Source of the DNA: Candidatus Microgenomates bacterium
GTDB lineage: Bacteria; Patescibacteriota; Microgenomatia; Daviesbacterales; UBA10151
Direction: 5' to 3'
DNA length: 64,000 nt
Assembly: GCA_016182045.1 (NCBI GenBank)
Contig: JACOYE010000007.1
Location: forward strand, 98,121 to 162,120
Position numbers and translations under genes: made by a program. Below the pieces are notes generated by a model that was given only the letters and a program-made list of their open reading frames with translations, was not told where the DNA came from and did no database searches. This document shows positions 1 through 8,484 of this stretch, piece by piece (position 1 is the first letter of the stretch; every line of letters starts with the position of its first letter).

Positions 1-540
1 TACTGAGGTGAAAAAAAGAATTGATGAGGAAGTTAAAATGTTCAGACCATGGAGTATTACAAGAGGAAGCAAGAACCCAACCATTGGAGCCCAACGTTTC
101 ATCCTATATAAAAGTATTGGAAGCCATATTAAATAAATCCAAAAATTTTCCCCTCCCACCCACCAGGAAGGAAATGAAGAAAAAAGTAACCCAATTAAAA
201 GTCCAGAGCCAGCGGGATTAAAGATGTGTCTGCCATCCAACCTGACGAAAGCTTTTATCACCATGGCTGTGACTGCCATGACCACCAAAATATAGCTCTT
301 TTCTCCAAATTGGCCAGTAAGACCAATTATCAAGCCGGAAATAATTGCACTAAGAGAAATTACCCATCTTTTAAGTTTTAAATATTTTAAGATAGCATCC
401 GTTGCTACTGCTGCCACCAAAGTTGGAGTAAGTTGCCAAAAAACCTTTTGCATGCCAAATTTAAAACTACCCAAAATATAAAGGGATAATAAAAAAATAA
501 TTACTAAATGATAAAGGCTGAACCTACTAATAAACTTCAT
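1..540 (-). CDS. RnfD/NqrB-like integral membrane protein (3' end beyond window)
   Basis: Not in the ORF track. Manual translation from ATG at 540 is open to position 1: MKFISRFSLYHLVII...GRHIFNPAGSGLL...PSWWVGG. Multi-TM with the HIFNPA motif typical of the RnfD/NqrB family. Confidence 0.7.
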   Translation of the reverse strand, partial: MKFISRFSLYHLVIIFLLSLYILGSFKFGMQKVFWQLTPTLVAAVATDAILKYLKLKRWVISLSAIISGLIIGLTGQFGEKSYILVVMAVTAMVIKAFVRLDGRHIFNPAGSGLLIGLLFSSFPSWWVGGENFWIYLIWLPILLYRMKRWAPMVGFLLPLVILHGLNILTSSSILFFTSV

Positions 541-1012
541 TGTTGTGATTCAAAATTTTTGAGGTAGAATGGTTACCTATCATCTTAGTGACATATTTTA
601 GTTTAGCCCCCACTAAATCAGCCGCTCTCCTATGATAATCGGTGTCGGGATAACCTGATGTTACCGCAATCACATCAGGTTTGATTTTTAAAATCAGCTC
701 ATCATATTGGCTCTTCTTTTCCATAAATGGCAGCATAACTACCAAATCTACGCTTGTTAGGTTACTCAAGACTTTGGCCCTCATCTTTTGATCGTGCACC
801 GGCCTCCTCTCACCTTTTAGCTTCTTTACTTTCTGATCGGATTCCAAAAGAACTATCAAATAATCTGCCGCCTTTTTGGCCTTATGCAAAAAAACCACAT
901 GACCGGGATGTAATACATCAAAACATCCCCCCACCAAACATAAGGATTTGCCTTGCTTTGTAATACGCTCTCTTACTGCTTTGATCTTAGTTATTGGTAT
1001 TATTGCACCCAT
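527..1012 (-). CDS. Cytidylyltransferase family protein (RfaE domain II/TagD-like)
   Basis: GGCFDVLHPGH (HxGH), KGERRP and HSTSKI motifs. Confidence 0.85.
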   Translation of the reverse strand: MGAIIPITKIKAVRERITKQGKSLCLVGGCFDVLHPGHVVFLHKAKKAADYLIVLLESDQKVKKLKGERRPVHDQKMRAKVLSNLTSVDLVVMLPFMEKKSQYDELILKIKPDVIAVTSGYPDTDYHRRAADLVGAKLKYVTKMIGNHSTSKILNHNNEVY

Positions 1013-1016
1013 TGCC

Positions 1017-1280
1017 TTAGTTGCTTGTCAATCCCAAAGCCTGATCTATCCTGGTCCTATCAAAACCTAAAATTGTTTCTTTTCTACCATCATCATAAGT
1101 TATCACAGTAAATGGTACTCCCATCTGGTTTGAGATTTTGACCATTTCTTCTGCAGCTTTTGCATCCTGATCCACATAGATTTCTGCAAATTTAATACCC
1201 TTTGAGCTTAAGTATTCTGACTCCATTTTGCAATATGGACAAGTTGTGGTTTTGTATATTGTAACTTTTACCCTCAACAC
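1017..1280 (-). CDS. Glutaredoxin (NrdH/YruB-like)
   Basis: CPYC active site, QMGVP and GFD motifs. Confidence 0.9.
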   Translation of the reverse strand: MLRVKVTIYKTTTCPYCKMESEYLSSKGIKFAEIYVDQDAKAAEEMVKISNQMGVPFTVITYDDGRKETILGFDRTRIDQALGLTSN

Positions 1281-1331
1281 CCCCCTTCAAAATATAATTT
1301 ATTATAATTATTATAACCATTATATTAAATT

Positions 1332-1850
1332 ATGGAAAAGGCAACGCTAGCAGGGGGTTGTTTTTGGTGCACTGAGGCTATCTTTAAAAGATTAAAGGGA
1401 GTTTTAGAGGTCATACCAGGGTATGCAGGCGGTAACATGGACAACCCATCATATGAAGATGTGTCAACAGGAAAAACCGGCCATGCCGAGACCATCCAAA
1501 TCACTTTTGACCCCCAAGTTATCCCCTATGAGAAATTACTGGATGTGTATTGGCATTTGATTGATCCCACCACTTTAAATAGACAGGGAGGGGATGTTGG
1601 CACTCAGTATAGATCTGTAATTTTTTACCATAACGAGGAACAAAAACGTACCGCTGAGCAATCTAAGAAAAAAGTTGAGCAATCAGGAATGTATAAAGAT
1701 CCTATTGTCACCAAAATTGAACCATTTACCAACTTTTATTTAGCAGAAAACTATCATCAAAATTATTATGAGAGAAACTCCTCTGTTCCCTATTGCAGGC
1801 TTGTCATTGATCCCAAAATTCGAAAGCTATTGAAATATTTGGGGGATTAA
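1332..1850 (+). CDS. msrA: Peptide methionine sulfoxide reductase A
   Basis: GGCFWC, TGHAE, QYRS and AENYHQNY motifs. Confidence 0.97.
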   Translation: MEKATLAGGCFWCTEAIFKRLKGVLEVIPGYAGGNMDNPSYEDVSTGKTGHAETIQITFDPQVIPYEKLLDVYWHLIDPTTLNRQGGDVGTQYRSVIFYHNEEQKRTAEQSKKKVEQSGMYKDPIVTKIEPFTNFYLAENYHQNYYERNSSVPYCRLVIDPKIRKLLKYLGD

Positions 1851-1868
1851 TATTTTTGAGAAAACTGA

Positions 1869-2096
1869 TTAGCTTACAGCCAGTAATTTTTCCCTGGCTA
1901 ATTTTGCTTCAGCTTTATTTTTTAACATCAGAGCGTTTTTGACAATTCGATCTGCAATCATCCTATCAAGAATTTTTTGACATCCAGAATCAGGGCAAAT
2001 GGTTTTGGTGCGAGTAACAATAGAAATGCCACTTTTTTCCTGCCAGCTTTTACCATCAATTCTTTGCTTTCCACATCTAATGCAAGGGTTGTCCAT
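1869..2096 (-). CDS. Small Cys-rich hypothetical protein (putative Zn-binding)
   Basis: CIRCGK...CPDSGC followed by a basic helix. Confidence 0.6.
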   Translation of the reverse strand: MDNPCIRCGKQRIDGKSWQEKSGISIVTRTKTICPDSGCQKILDRMIADRIVKNALMLKNKAEAKLAREKLLAVS

Positions 2097-2214
2097 AAGT
2101 TTTTCAGTAGATAAAGATTAAGTGATTAGTTTAACACAATCGGATAATTAAAACAATGACGGAAATATTGTATCCTAGTGTATATCGTGTAATTATGTTG
2201 GGAAGCTTGGACTG

Positions 2215-2574
2215 GTGGGGTTTTTATTATCCTTTGCTGGAATGTCAGGGCTTATGTTTATTGTATATTTTGCAGCCATGATCGAGCCAGTATTGGCAAA
2301 AGAAGCACCCAACCTACTTGATATGAATGGCCCGTTATTGCAAGGATTATTAGGGATGTTCTTTTTAGTGACCATTCTCAGTTTTGTGCTTGGTTTTCTG
2401 CTTTTCGGAATTGCAGTTTGGCAAACTAATAAGACAAAATGGCTAGGAGTTTTACTCATCATAGGATCTTTGCCATTTTTATATTATTTTGAATTGGAAG
2501 AAATTTTGCGAAATGACACTAAAAAATATGCGAGGAGAATCGCTAGTGTGCCAGCCCAACCAATAATTTCATAG
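2215..2574 (+). CDS. Membrane protein, probably a 5'-truncated remnant
   Basis: Three hydrophobic segments. The frame is open upstream to a stop at 2176 with no good start. Confidence 0.4.
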   Translation: MGFLLSFAGMSGLMFIVYFAAMIEPVLAKEAPNLLDMNGPLLQGLLGMFFLVTILSFVLGFLLFGIAVWQTNKTKWLGVLLIIGSLPFLYYFELEEILRNDTKKYARRIASVPAQPIIS

Positions 2575-2598
2575 AACATATTATTAATATACAAATTC

Positions 2599-3471
2599 CT
2601 AATTATTACCTATTTTCCAAATCCCCTTTTCTCTAAAAGCAGGTATTGTCTGTCTTTTTGCAGCATTTAAAATAACCGGCACCGGCTTATTAATTTTCGT
2701 AGCATATTCACTAGCTTCAATGATTTTGCTTCCCTTAAGATAAGCAATTCTTTTATGTAAAGCTTCCATCAGGGCAAGCGAAACTATTCTTTCCATTATT
2801 TTTGTTATTCTTTTATCACGATATTCACCAAAAGAACGGTAATAGATTTGTTTTTCTTTATCACGAATAATTATCCCGGGGAAACCTAATTTGTATAATT
2901 GATAATTTATCAATACCCTACCTATCCTACCGTTACCGTCATTAAAAGGATGAATTGTCTCAAATTGCAGATGGAATTTAGAGATATTGTCCACAAAATA
3001 ACTTATATGATCGCTTGAATATTCAATTAAAGCCTTTTCTAGCAAACGTTCTACATGTTCCGGAGCAGTAGCAATAAAAGTTCCAATTCGCACATATTCT
3101 CCTTTTTTACGTAATCTGCCGGCAATGCCATCATCAATATTGCCAATCAACATTTGATGCAAAAGCAAGATAATATCTTTGGATAGCTCCTGTGAAGATT
3201 TATTGTGGATATATTCCATAACCCTAGCCAAATTCTTAGCCTCATATACCTCATGCAGGCTGACATTTTTCGATACCTCCATCTCTAAAAGTATCTTTTC
3301 TGTTTCTTTAAGAGTGAGGGTAGAATTTTCTATCGCATTTGAGTTATAGACACTTTCAGGGATTTCAGCTTCATCAATAATTTTAAGTAATGAACCTTTG
3401 CTAATCTTTAACCGATCATACTCTTTTTTAAGAATTTCAATTCTTTTTTGAAAGGAAGTAGAAGTTGACAT
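2599..3471 (-). CDS. Fic family protein
   Basis: Canonical HPFNDGNGRIGR, with N-terminal inhibitory-type motif SNAIEN. Confidence 0.92.
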   Translation of the reverse strand: MSTSTSFQKRIEILKKEYDRLKISKGSLLKIIDEAEIPESVYNSNAIENSTLTLKETEKILLEMEVSKNVSLHEVYEAKNLARVMEYIHNKSSQELSKDIILLLHQMLIGNIDDGIAGRLRKKGEYVRIGTFIATAPEHVERLLEKALIEYSSDHISYFVDNISKFHLQFETIHPFNDGNGRIGRVLINYQLYKLGFPGIIIRDKEKQIYYRSFGEYRDKRITKIMERIVSLALMEALHKRIAYLKGSKIIEASEYATKINKPVPVILNAAKRQTIPAFREKGIWKIGNN

Positions 3472-3480
3472 AACTTAAAT

Positions 3481-3523
3481 ATTATACCAAATTCACGTTA
3501 TTTTGTCAATTTAGCGTGAATTT
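3481..3523 (-). promoter_or_regulatory. Sigma70 promoter with palindromic operator for the Fic gene
   Basis: TTGACA (3509-3504), 17 nt, TATAAT (3486-3481). Inverted repeat AAATTCACG...CGTGAATTT brackets the -35 box. Confidence 0.7.
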
Positions 3524-3557
3524 AGAGTATTTTGCGGTATAAATTCACGTTATTTGT

Positions 3558-3585
3558 GCTCCCTAATCCTAGTTTTAATCGATCT
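3558..3585. repeat. Degenerate copy (R0) of the 28-bp cassette-boundary repeat
   Basis: GCTCCCTAATCCTAGTTTTAATCGATCT, 5 mismatches to GCTCCGTATTCCTAGGATTAATCGAACT. Confidence 0.55.
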
Positions 3586-3677
3586 GATAATTTGAATTCA
3601 ATTCAAAGGACTTTTCAGAATCCTGTATGTTTACACTGAGTTTATCGAAGTGTTCGTTTTTTTACAACAGATTAAAA

Positions 3678-4733
3678 TTATCTAAAATAAGTCTCGTTGG
3701 CAAACTTAATCTGTTCTATAAACAACTTTTTGATTTCATAAATACTTTCCTGCTCGTAAAACAAAATTAAAGCCTTTTTAAATTCATCTTCATCAACACT
3801 GCGATATGAAAGTGGATATAAATCGTAAGCAAGTAGAATCGCATTTGTCAGCATTCTGGCAGTTCTTTTGTTACCATCTGCATACGGCTGAATATAAGGC
3901 ATCATAAAATGAACAATCAGCGCTTTTTCAAAAGGGCTTTTGACCTTGTTTACAACATTAATTGTTTTTTCAAAAACCTCTTTTGTCTGATGTTCATTAT
4001 CAAGAGGATGATAAGTTGTTCCGGTAATTCCCACTGCTTGTTTTCTGATACCAGAGGAAATCCCCAACCCTTTAGTTAAAATATTGTGCAGCTGATTAAT
4101 TCCTGAAACAGAAATAGTTTTAAAATCATTTTTTGCTTTTAGTATTTCTTCAAAAGCTGCTTTGTGATTAAGAATCATCATTGCCTCATCTTTACTCTTA
4201 CCAGCTGCTTCTTTTTGTTCCTTAATTAAAGACTCTGTTTCTAAAAGCGTGTAAGTATTGCCCTCAATTTTGGATGATTTCCAAGACAATTCAATGACAA
4301 ACCTTTCTAATTCCCTTTTCAAAAGGTCAGGACTTAGTTTCATCGTCTGTTCTCTAAAACTTAGTGCCACTTTCTCTAAGGTGTTTATTTCTTCCGGCGT
4401 CAATAAATCATGCAAGTTTTTAAATATCTCAAAATCAAATGATTTTCTGGCACCAATTCTATTGTCTGGATCATCGGCGAAATATCTTTCAAGGTTAAAC
4501 TCGCGAAGAAGCGGGTTTTGAACTTTGGAAAAATATATTGTAGCTCTAGCCTTTCCTGTTACACTAACCAGTTTTTTAATCAATAAAACATGAATATCTC
4601 TTATAACGGTTGGCTTTGAAACGGGATATAATTTAGAAACTTTTTCTTGAATTTCCTCCCTAAGAAGTCCTTCTGATTGGTTAATTACATTAAGAATGTA
4701 TTTTTGTCTTGTAGTTAATATCGTATCATTCAT
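3678..4733 (-). CDS. Fic family protein with N-terminal winged HTH
   Basis: SSKIEGN motif and variant Fic motif QPYADGNKRTAR. N-terminus is HTH-like (VSKPTVIRDI). Confidence 0.88.
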   Translation of the reverse strand: MNDTILTTRQKYILNVINQSEGLLREEIQEKVSKLYPVSKPTVIRDIHVLLIKKLVSVTGKARATIYFSKVQNPLLREFNLERYFADDPDNRIGARKSFDFEIFKNLHDLLTPEEINTLEKVALSFREQTMKLSPDLLKRELERFVIELSWKSSKIEGNTYTLLETESLIKEQKEAAGKSKDEAMMILNHKAAFEEILKAKNDFKTISVSGINQLHNILTKGLGISSGIRKQAVGITGTTYHPLDNEHQTKEVFEKTINVVNKVKSPFEKALIVHFMMPYIQPYADGNKRTARMLTNAILLAYDLYPLSYRSVDEDEFKKALILFYEQESIYEIKKLFIEQIKFANETYFR

Positions 4734-4810
4734 ATATATTATCGTATCATATTGAGACGATATGTCAAGTATTAAATCTGTCCAAAATATTAGTTTGAGT
4801 AAGCAATATC

Positions 4811-4840
4811 TGGCTCCGTATTCCTAGGATTAATCGAACT
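4811..4840. repeat. Cassette-boundary repeat R1 (resembles a tRNA 3' end/att site)
   Basis: TGGCTCCGTATTCCTAGGATTAATCGAACT. Confidence 0.8.
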
Positions 4841-4957
4841 GGACGATTTGATTGTAATATAAAGACTTTCTTCTAACAAGAACAGCAGCTTAGAGTTTCC
4901 TAATAATTATTAAACTGCTAATTTAGCAGTTAAACAAAATAAGCAGTTTCAAGGGGA

Positions 4958-5620
4958 TTATTTATTCTTCCCAGGTTTAGGAGTGGGGGTAGGTTGGGCA
5001 AACCAATCTATTAAGCCGTTATAAAGAGACTGAGCAATTTCCTGTTGTCTCGTCCCTGTACTATTGCTTAAAAGGGTACATTCGGTCGTGTTTGAAATAA
5101 AAACTGTTTCTTGGATAGTTGCAGGCATATTTACTTTAAGTAATACTCCTGATGCAAAATTTGTTACTCCTAAATCAGATACTCCTAATTCAGTTGCCAA
5201 ACGAGCATGAATTCTTTCTGCAAATGCCTTATCCTTATTAAGTTTTCCATACAATCCTAAAGTTCCGTTCTTGGAATGATCTATGGAACCGTTAAGATGG
5301 ACTGAAACTAGAGCTTCACCACCAAAGTTGTTGGCAAAAGTATAACGGTCATTATTTGATTTGTAACTATCATCTGTTCTAGTCATACCCACAATTGCTC
5401 TATCAGTTTCTAAAAGAGTTTTTAATTTATTAGCAATCTGTAAGTTAGCATCTGCTTCGGTTAAAGTAGGACAAGCAGTTGAACCTAAATCTGTTCCACC
5501 ATGTCCGGGATCAATAACGATTTTATGGCCTGTAACCGGAGAAACAGCAAGTGTAGTTTGAGGAAGGAAAGCAAATAAAGCAAAAAGAAATAATACGAAA
5601 ATGCTTGTTCTTTTAAGCAT
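4958..5620 (-). CDS. N-acetylmuramoyl-L-alanine amidase (Amidase_3), secreted
   Basis: Signal peptide, IDPGHGG, SVHLN and catalytic E in ATIQETVF. Confidence 0.92.
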   Translation of the reverse strand: MLKRTSIFVLFLFALFAFLPQTTLAVSPVTGHKIVIDPGHGGTDLGSTACPTLTEADANLQIANKLKTLLETDRAIVGMTRTDDSYKSNNDRYTFANNFGGEALVSVHLNGSIDHSKNGTLGLYGKLNKDKAFAERIHARLATELGVSDLGVTNFASGVLLKVNMPATIQETVFISNTTECTLLSNSTGTRQQEIAQSLYNGLIDWFAQPTPTPKPGKNK

Positions 5621-5666
5621 AATTCTAGTCTATCACAAATTCTTTTGGTTAGATTAATAAATTCGA

Positions 5667-5694
5667 GCTCCGTATTCCTAGGATTAATTGAACT
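5667..5694. repeat. Cassette-boundary repeat R2
   Basis: GCTCCGTATTCCTAGGATTAATTGAACT, 1 mismatch to R1. Confidence 0.8.
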
Positions 5695-5706
5695 GCCGTA
5701 GAAAAA

Positions 5707-5967
5707 TTATTCACTTGCAGATTGGTGAAGAATAGAGGAAGCAAGTGTTTGATAAGGAATTCCCTGTTTGACAGCTTTAGCTTTTAGCTTATACAGATCC
5801 CGTTCAGATAGTCTGATATTAATATTCTTGGTTTTATTCAGAGTATTCCTAGCAATCTGCATTAATTCCTTTTTGCGCTTAGTAAAATTTTTAACCGATT
5901 TCCATTCACCTCTTTCAATCTCTGCTAAAAGTTGTTTCTCCTCATCATCTAATTCATAATATTTCAT
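5707..5967 (-). CDS. Antitoxin, CopG/RHH (BrnA-like)
   Basis: INIRLSERD...GIPYQTL RHH motif, downstream of a BrnT-like toxin. Confidence 0.85.
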   Translation of the reverse strand: MKYYELDDEEKQLLAEIERGEWKSVKNFTKRKKELMQIARNTLNKTKNINIRLSERDLYKLKAKAVKQGIPYQTLASSILHQSASE

Positions 5968-5969
5968 AA

Positions 5970-6254
5970 TTACTTCTTCTCACCTCCATATAAATATTTT
6001 TTAGTTGCTTTCCGAGAAGGAAAGATAGTTTTTAAAAAAATCTTTTCTTCGTCTTCTACATAAGGAACATAGTAAGCATAATCATCTATCTCAACTACAA
6101 GAATTCTTTGATTAGGATAACGCTTTTTATTTGGATGTTCAAAATCATCTAATACTCTTCCCTCTTCAATAGCTGTTTGAACATCTTCGAATGAAATCTC
6201 CCTTAGTGCTTTTAAAAGAGCACTCTTCTCTTGATCCCAATCAAAGTATTTCAC
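5970..6254 (-). CDS. BrnT-like toxin
   Basis: FDWDQEK...ISFED...LKTIFPSRKATK. Confidence 0.88.
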   Translation of the reverse strand: MKYFDWDQEKSALLKALREISFEDVQTAIEEGRVLDDFEHPNKKRYPNQRILVVEIDDYAYYVPYVEDEEKIFLKTIFPSRKATKKYLYGGEKK

Positions 6255-6260
6255 TTTAGT

Positions 6261-6289
6261 ATTTTATGACAAATCATATCATTTGTCAA
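6261..6289 (-). promoter_or_regulatory. TA promoter/operator
   Basis: TTGACA-17-TAAAAT overlapped by the palindrome TGACAAAT-N6-ATTTGTCA. Confidence 0.7.
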
Positions 6290-6293
6290 TATG

Positions 6294-6318
6294 CCGTATT
6301 CCTAGTATTAATCGAACT
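6294..6318. repeat. Cassette-boundary repeat R3
   Basis: CCGTATTCCTAGTATTAATCGAACT. Confidence 0.75.
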
Positions 6319-6365
6319 AAAAATTTAGTCACATTACACACCTCCAGGGGGTGTTAGGAAATGTA

Positions 6366-6728
6366 TTACTTAACTAAATTTAAAATTTCAGCTTTTAATT
6401 TTTCAGGAGCCTCTAACCCCTTAAATGGTATTCCATGAATATCATTCCCTGCAAATATATAGATATCTCCGTAGCCAAATATTTTACCCAAAACTCCCCG
6501 TCTGACAGTTACCGTATTAATTTTCTGGAAAGGTATTTCAATATCTGTAGATGTCAGGATACCTTTTTTCATAAGCACACCTTTAGGAGTGATGGTAATA
6601 AAATTTCTGAGGTATTCTATTATGTGTATAGGGAAAAGAAAAAAGCCGATTACTATACTCATGAGGAGAAAGTCTATAAATAGCGAGACAGCTAATTTAA
6701 CAGCTGATTGCCGATATATTTTTTCCAT
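6366..6728 (-). CDS. Bacterial PH-domain (bPH_2) membrane protein
   Basis: TM segment, then KKGIL...IPFQKINTV...GKIFGYGDI. Confidence 0.85.
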   Translation of the reverse strand: MEKIYRQSAVKLAVSLFIDFLLMSIVIGFFLFPIHIIEYLRNFITITPKGVLMKKGILTSTDIEIPFQKINTVTVRRGVLGKIFGYGDIYIFAGNDIHGIPFKGLEAPEKLKAEILNLVK

Positions 6729-6766
6729 ATTTGAATCTTACTATACTATATTACTTAAATTGAAAT

Positions 6767-6958
6767 TCAAGAATCCAATACAATTTCCGCTTTCTGTTTC
6801 AACCTACTTAAAGCAGAATTAAAACTCGATCCTTGGGCTTCAAGGGAAAGACTATCAAAAGTACCATATGCCTTATAACGAGTACCCTTAGCTCTACCAG
6901 CCTGTTCAACAACATAGCATTCGTAATCTTTAAAGAAAACAGCTATCTTTGTTTTCAT
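6767..6958 (-). CDS. Small hypothetical protein
   Basis: ATG start, co-oriented and 3 nt downstream of the HNH gene. Confidence 0.5.
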   Translation of the reverse strand: MKTKIAVFFKDYECYVVEQAGRAKGTRYKAYGTFDSLSLEAQGSSFNSALSRLKQKAEIVLDS

Positions 6959-6961
6959 TTG

Positions 6962-7975
6962 TTAACTTTTAATCATTGCATCAAAAACAAAAGGACTATT
7001 CTTTGAAAGAGCTAATGATTGAAAATATTCAAGAGTATTAATCATAGCATCGTTTACTTCATAAATAAATTTTTTGGATGCGATTTTTTCATTACCAACC
7101 AAAACAAAAAGTTCTCCTACTAACTCACCTTTCTCAATTAATGAGAGTTCAAAATTCTCAAATTCAATTGTCAAACGTGTAGAGTCTGCAGTGTTTAAAA
7201 TTATCGGGAATCTTGTAGTATAATCCGGTTCCCTAGAACTGTTTGGATTGATTTTAAAGAATTTTTTAAAATGAACTATCCCATTATTTAATCTTACGTA
7301 GGAACCTTTAATAACTGCAGGCTGTCCATGATTATTAGTAACTGCAAACTCTAGTTGTATTCTTGTTCCAGGTAATTCTGGGCTTTTAACTATACCCATG
7401 AATGGGCTAAGAGTTATAGAAACCTTGTCATCAAATGGAACATTCCCTGATTTTTCTGCTTCAATTTCTTCTCCTCCGGTGACGATTGTATCTGGAATCT
7501 GCGGACTGGGTGTAGCCATATAAATATTGTTTATTATATAACTGTCTCCTTCTTTAATTTCTACTTTGTTATTCCCTAAATTGGTAGAACCTAATGAGGG
7601 ATTGAGTGGTTCTAGATTTAATATAGATCCCTCATGGTCTTTTTTCATTTTCTTCAAAGTTTCCAAGGTGTATTTTATTGGATCATCATCTATTTCTTTA
7701 TGACAACTTTTACATAACCAAATTCCATTTTTAATATCACTTCTTTCCTCAGAAGTCATTTTGGAATTATATCTAGCAGAGGTAGGTTGAGCTCCTTCAA
7801 TATGAGCAGCATCACCTACAATGGTTGCCTTTGTTGGAATGGCATTTCCACCGCTCGTATGTCTTTTGCATTTAGAACAAACCTGACCCGCTCTCTTAGC
7901 TAAAATATCTTTTGTTGTTGTAGAAAAATCATTTGGATCAGATTTAACCATAGTTTTAGGTATATTAAGTGCCAC
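6962..7975 (-). CDS. HNH endonuclease-domain protein with unknown C-terminal domain
   Basis: CSKC...AAHI...NGIWLCKSCHKEIDD. True start may be ATG at 7951. Confidence 0.8.
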   Translation of the reverse strand: MALNIPKTMVKSDPNDFSTTTKDILAKRAGQVCSKCKRHTSGGNAIPTKATIVGDAAHIEGAQPTSARYNSKMTSEERSDIKNGIWLCKSCHKEIDDDPIKYTLETLKKMKKDHEGSILNLEPLNPSLGSTNLGNNKVEIKEGDSYIINNIYMATPSPQIPDTIVTGGEEIEAEKSGNVPFDDKVSITLSPFMGIVKSPELPGTRIQLEFAVTNNHGQPAVIKGSYVRLNNGIVHFKKFFKINPNSSREPDYTTRFPIILNTADSTRLTIEFENFELSLIEKGELVGELFVLVGNEKIASKKFIYEVNDAMINTLEYFQSLALSKNSPFVFDAMIKS

Positions 7976-7976
7976 T

Positions 7977-8051
7977 TGGCTCCCCCGCGTGGATTCGAAC
8001 CACGAACCTCGATCTTAACAGGATCTCGCTCTACCATTGAGCTACAGGGGA
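7977..8051 (-). tRNA. tRNA-Asn(GTT)
   Basis: TCCCCTGTAGCTCAATGGTAGAGCGAGATCCTGTTAAGATCGAGGTTCGTGGTTCGAATCCACGCGGGGGAGCCA. Confidence 0.96.
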
Positions 8052-8297
8052 ATATATTAAGTTTTTAATGAACTCACGACCTCGATAACTTTTTAACTGT
8101 TTTTCTCTTCTTAGAGCCTCCACCCGACTGCCTAGCTCTTCTTTATGTACCAATACCCATTCTCCATCAAACCTAGCAGTATAACTATTCTTAAACTGCT
8201 TATCATTATGTAATTTAATTCTCTGATCTAAATTATCTGTTTGACCTATGTATATTTTATTGTGCTTCTTATTATAAACACCATAAACGTAAAACAT
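8031..8297 (-). CDS. Stand-alone GIY-YIG nuclease; stop codon lies inside tRNA-Asn
   Basis: FYVY...YIGQT...RIKLHN...ALRREKQLKS. ATG at 8297. The C-terminal SPVAQW* is encoded by the tRNA 5' end. Confidence 0.9.
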   Translation of the reverse strand: MFYVYGVYNKKHNKIYIGQTDNLDQRIKLHNDKQFKNSYTARFDGEWVLVHKEELGSRVEALRREKQLKSYRGREFIKNLIYSPVAQW

Positions 8298-8306
8298 ATT
8301 TGTTCC

Positions 8307-8361
8307 CGCTCTACCTCCGCCATCCGCCAACCGGCGGAGGCGGAGAGCTACAGGGGAATAT
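8307..8361 (-). repeat. Duplicated tRNA-Asn 5' segment with a nested GC hairpin inserted in the D-loop
   Basis: TCCCCTGTAGCTC[TCCGCCTCCGCCGGTTGGCGGATGGCGGA]GGTAGAGCG versus tRNA TCCCCTGTAGCTC[AAT]GGTAGAGCG. Confidence 0.85.
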
Positions 8362-8423
8362 TAATGTACGCTCGTTATTTTACCATTCCCCAAAACCTAA
8401 ATCCAGAGCAAAGAGACCACAAC

Positions 8424-8464
8424 TTAATCTTATAATTTGTAAGAATTAATCTTATTTTAATCCT
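8424..8464 (+). promoter_or_regulatory. Putative OmpR-family binding boxes upstream of the serine hydrolase
   Basis: TTAATC(T/C)T at 8424, 8446 and 8457 (22 and 11 bp spacing). Confidence 0.45.
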
Positions 8465-8484
8465 CATAAGCTATATTCCTCAGC

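Noticed and set aside
21-221. 66-aa + strand ORF
   Set aside because: Shadow of the RnfD-like gene on the minus strand.
3558-6318. 28-bp repeats as a CRISPR array or chromosomal dif site
   Set aside because: The spacers are whole genes (0.6-1.2 kb), there are no cas genes, there is no XerD arm (TTATGTTAAAT), and the locus is about 50 kb from oriC.
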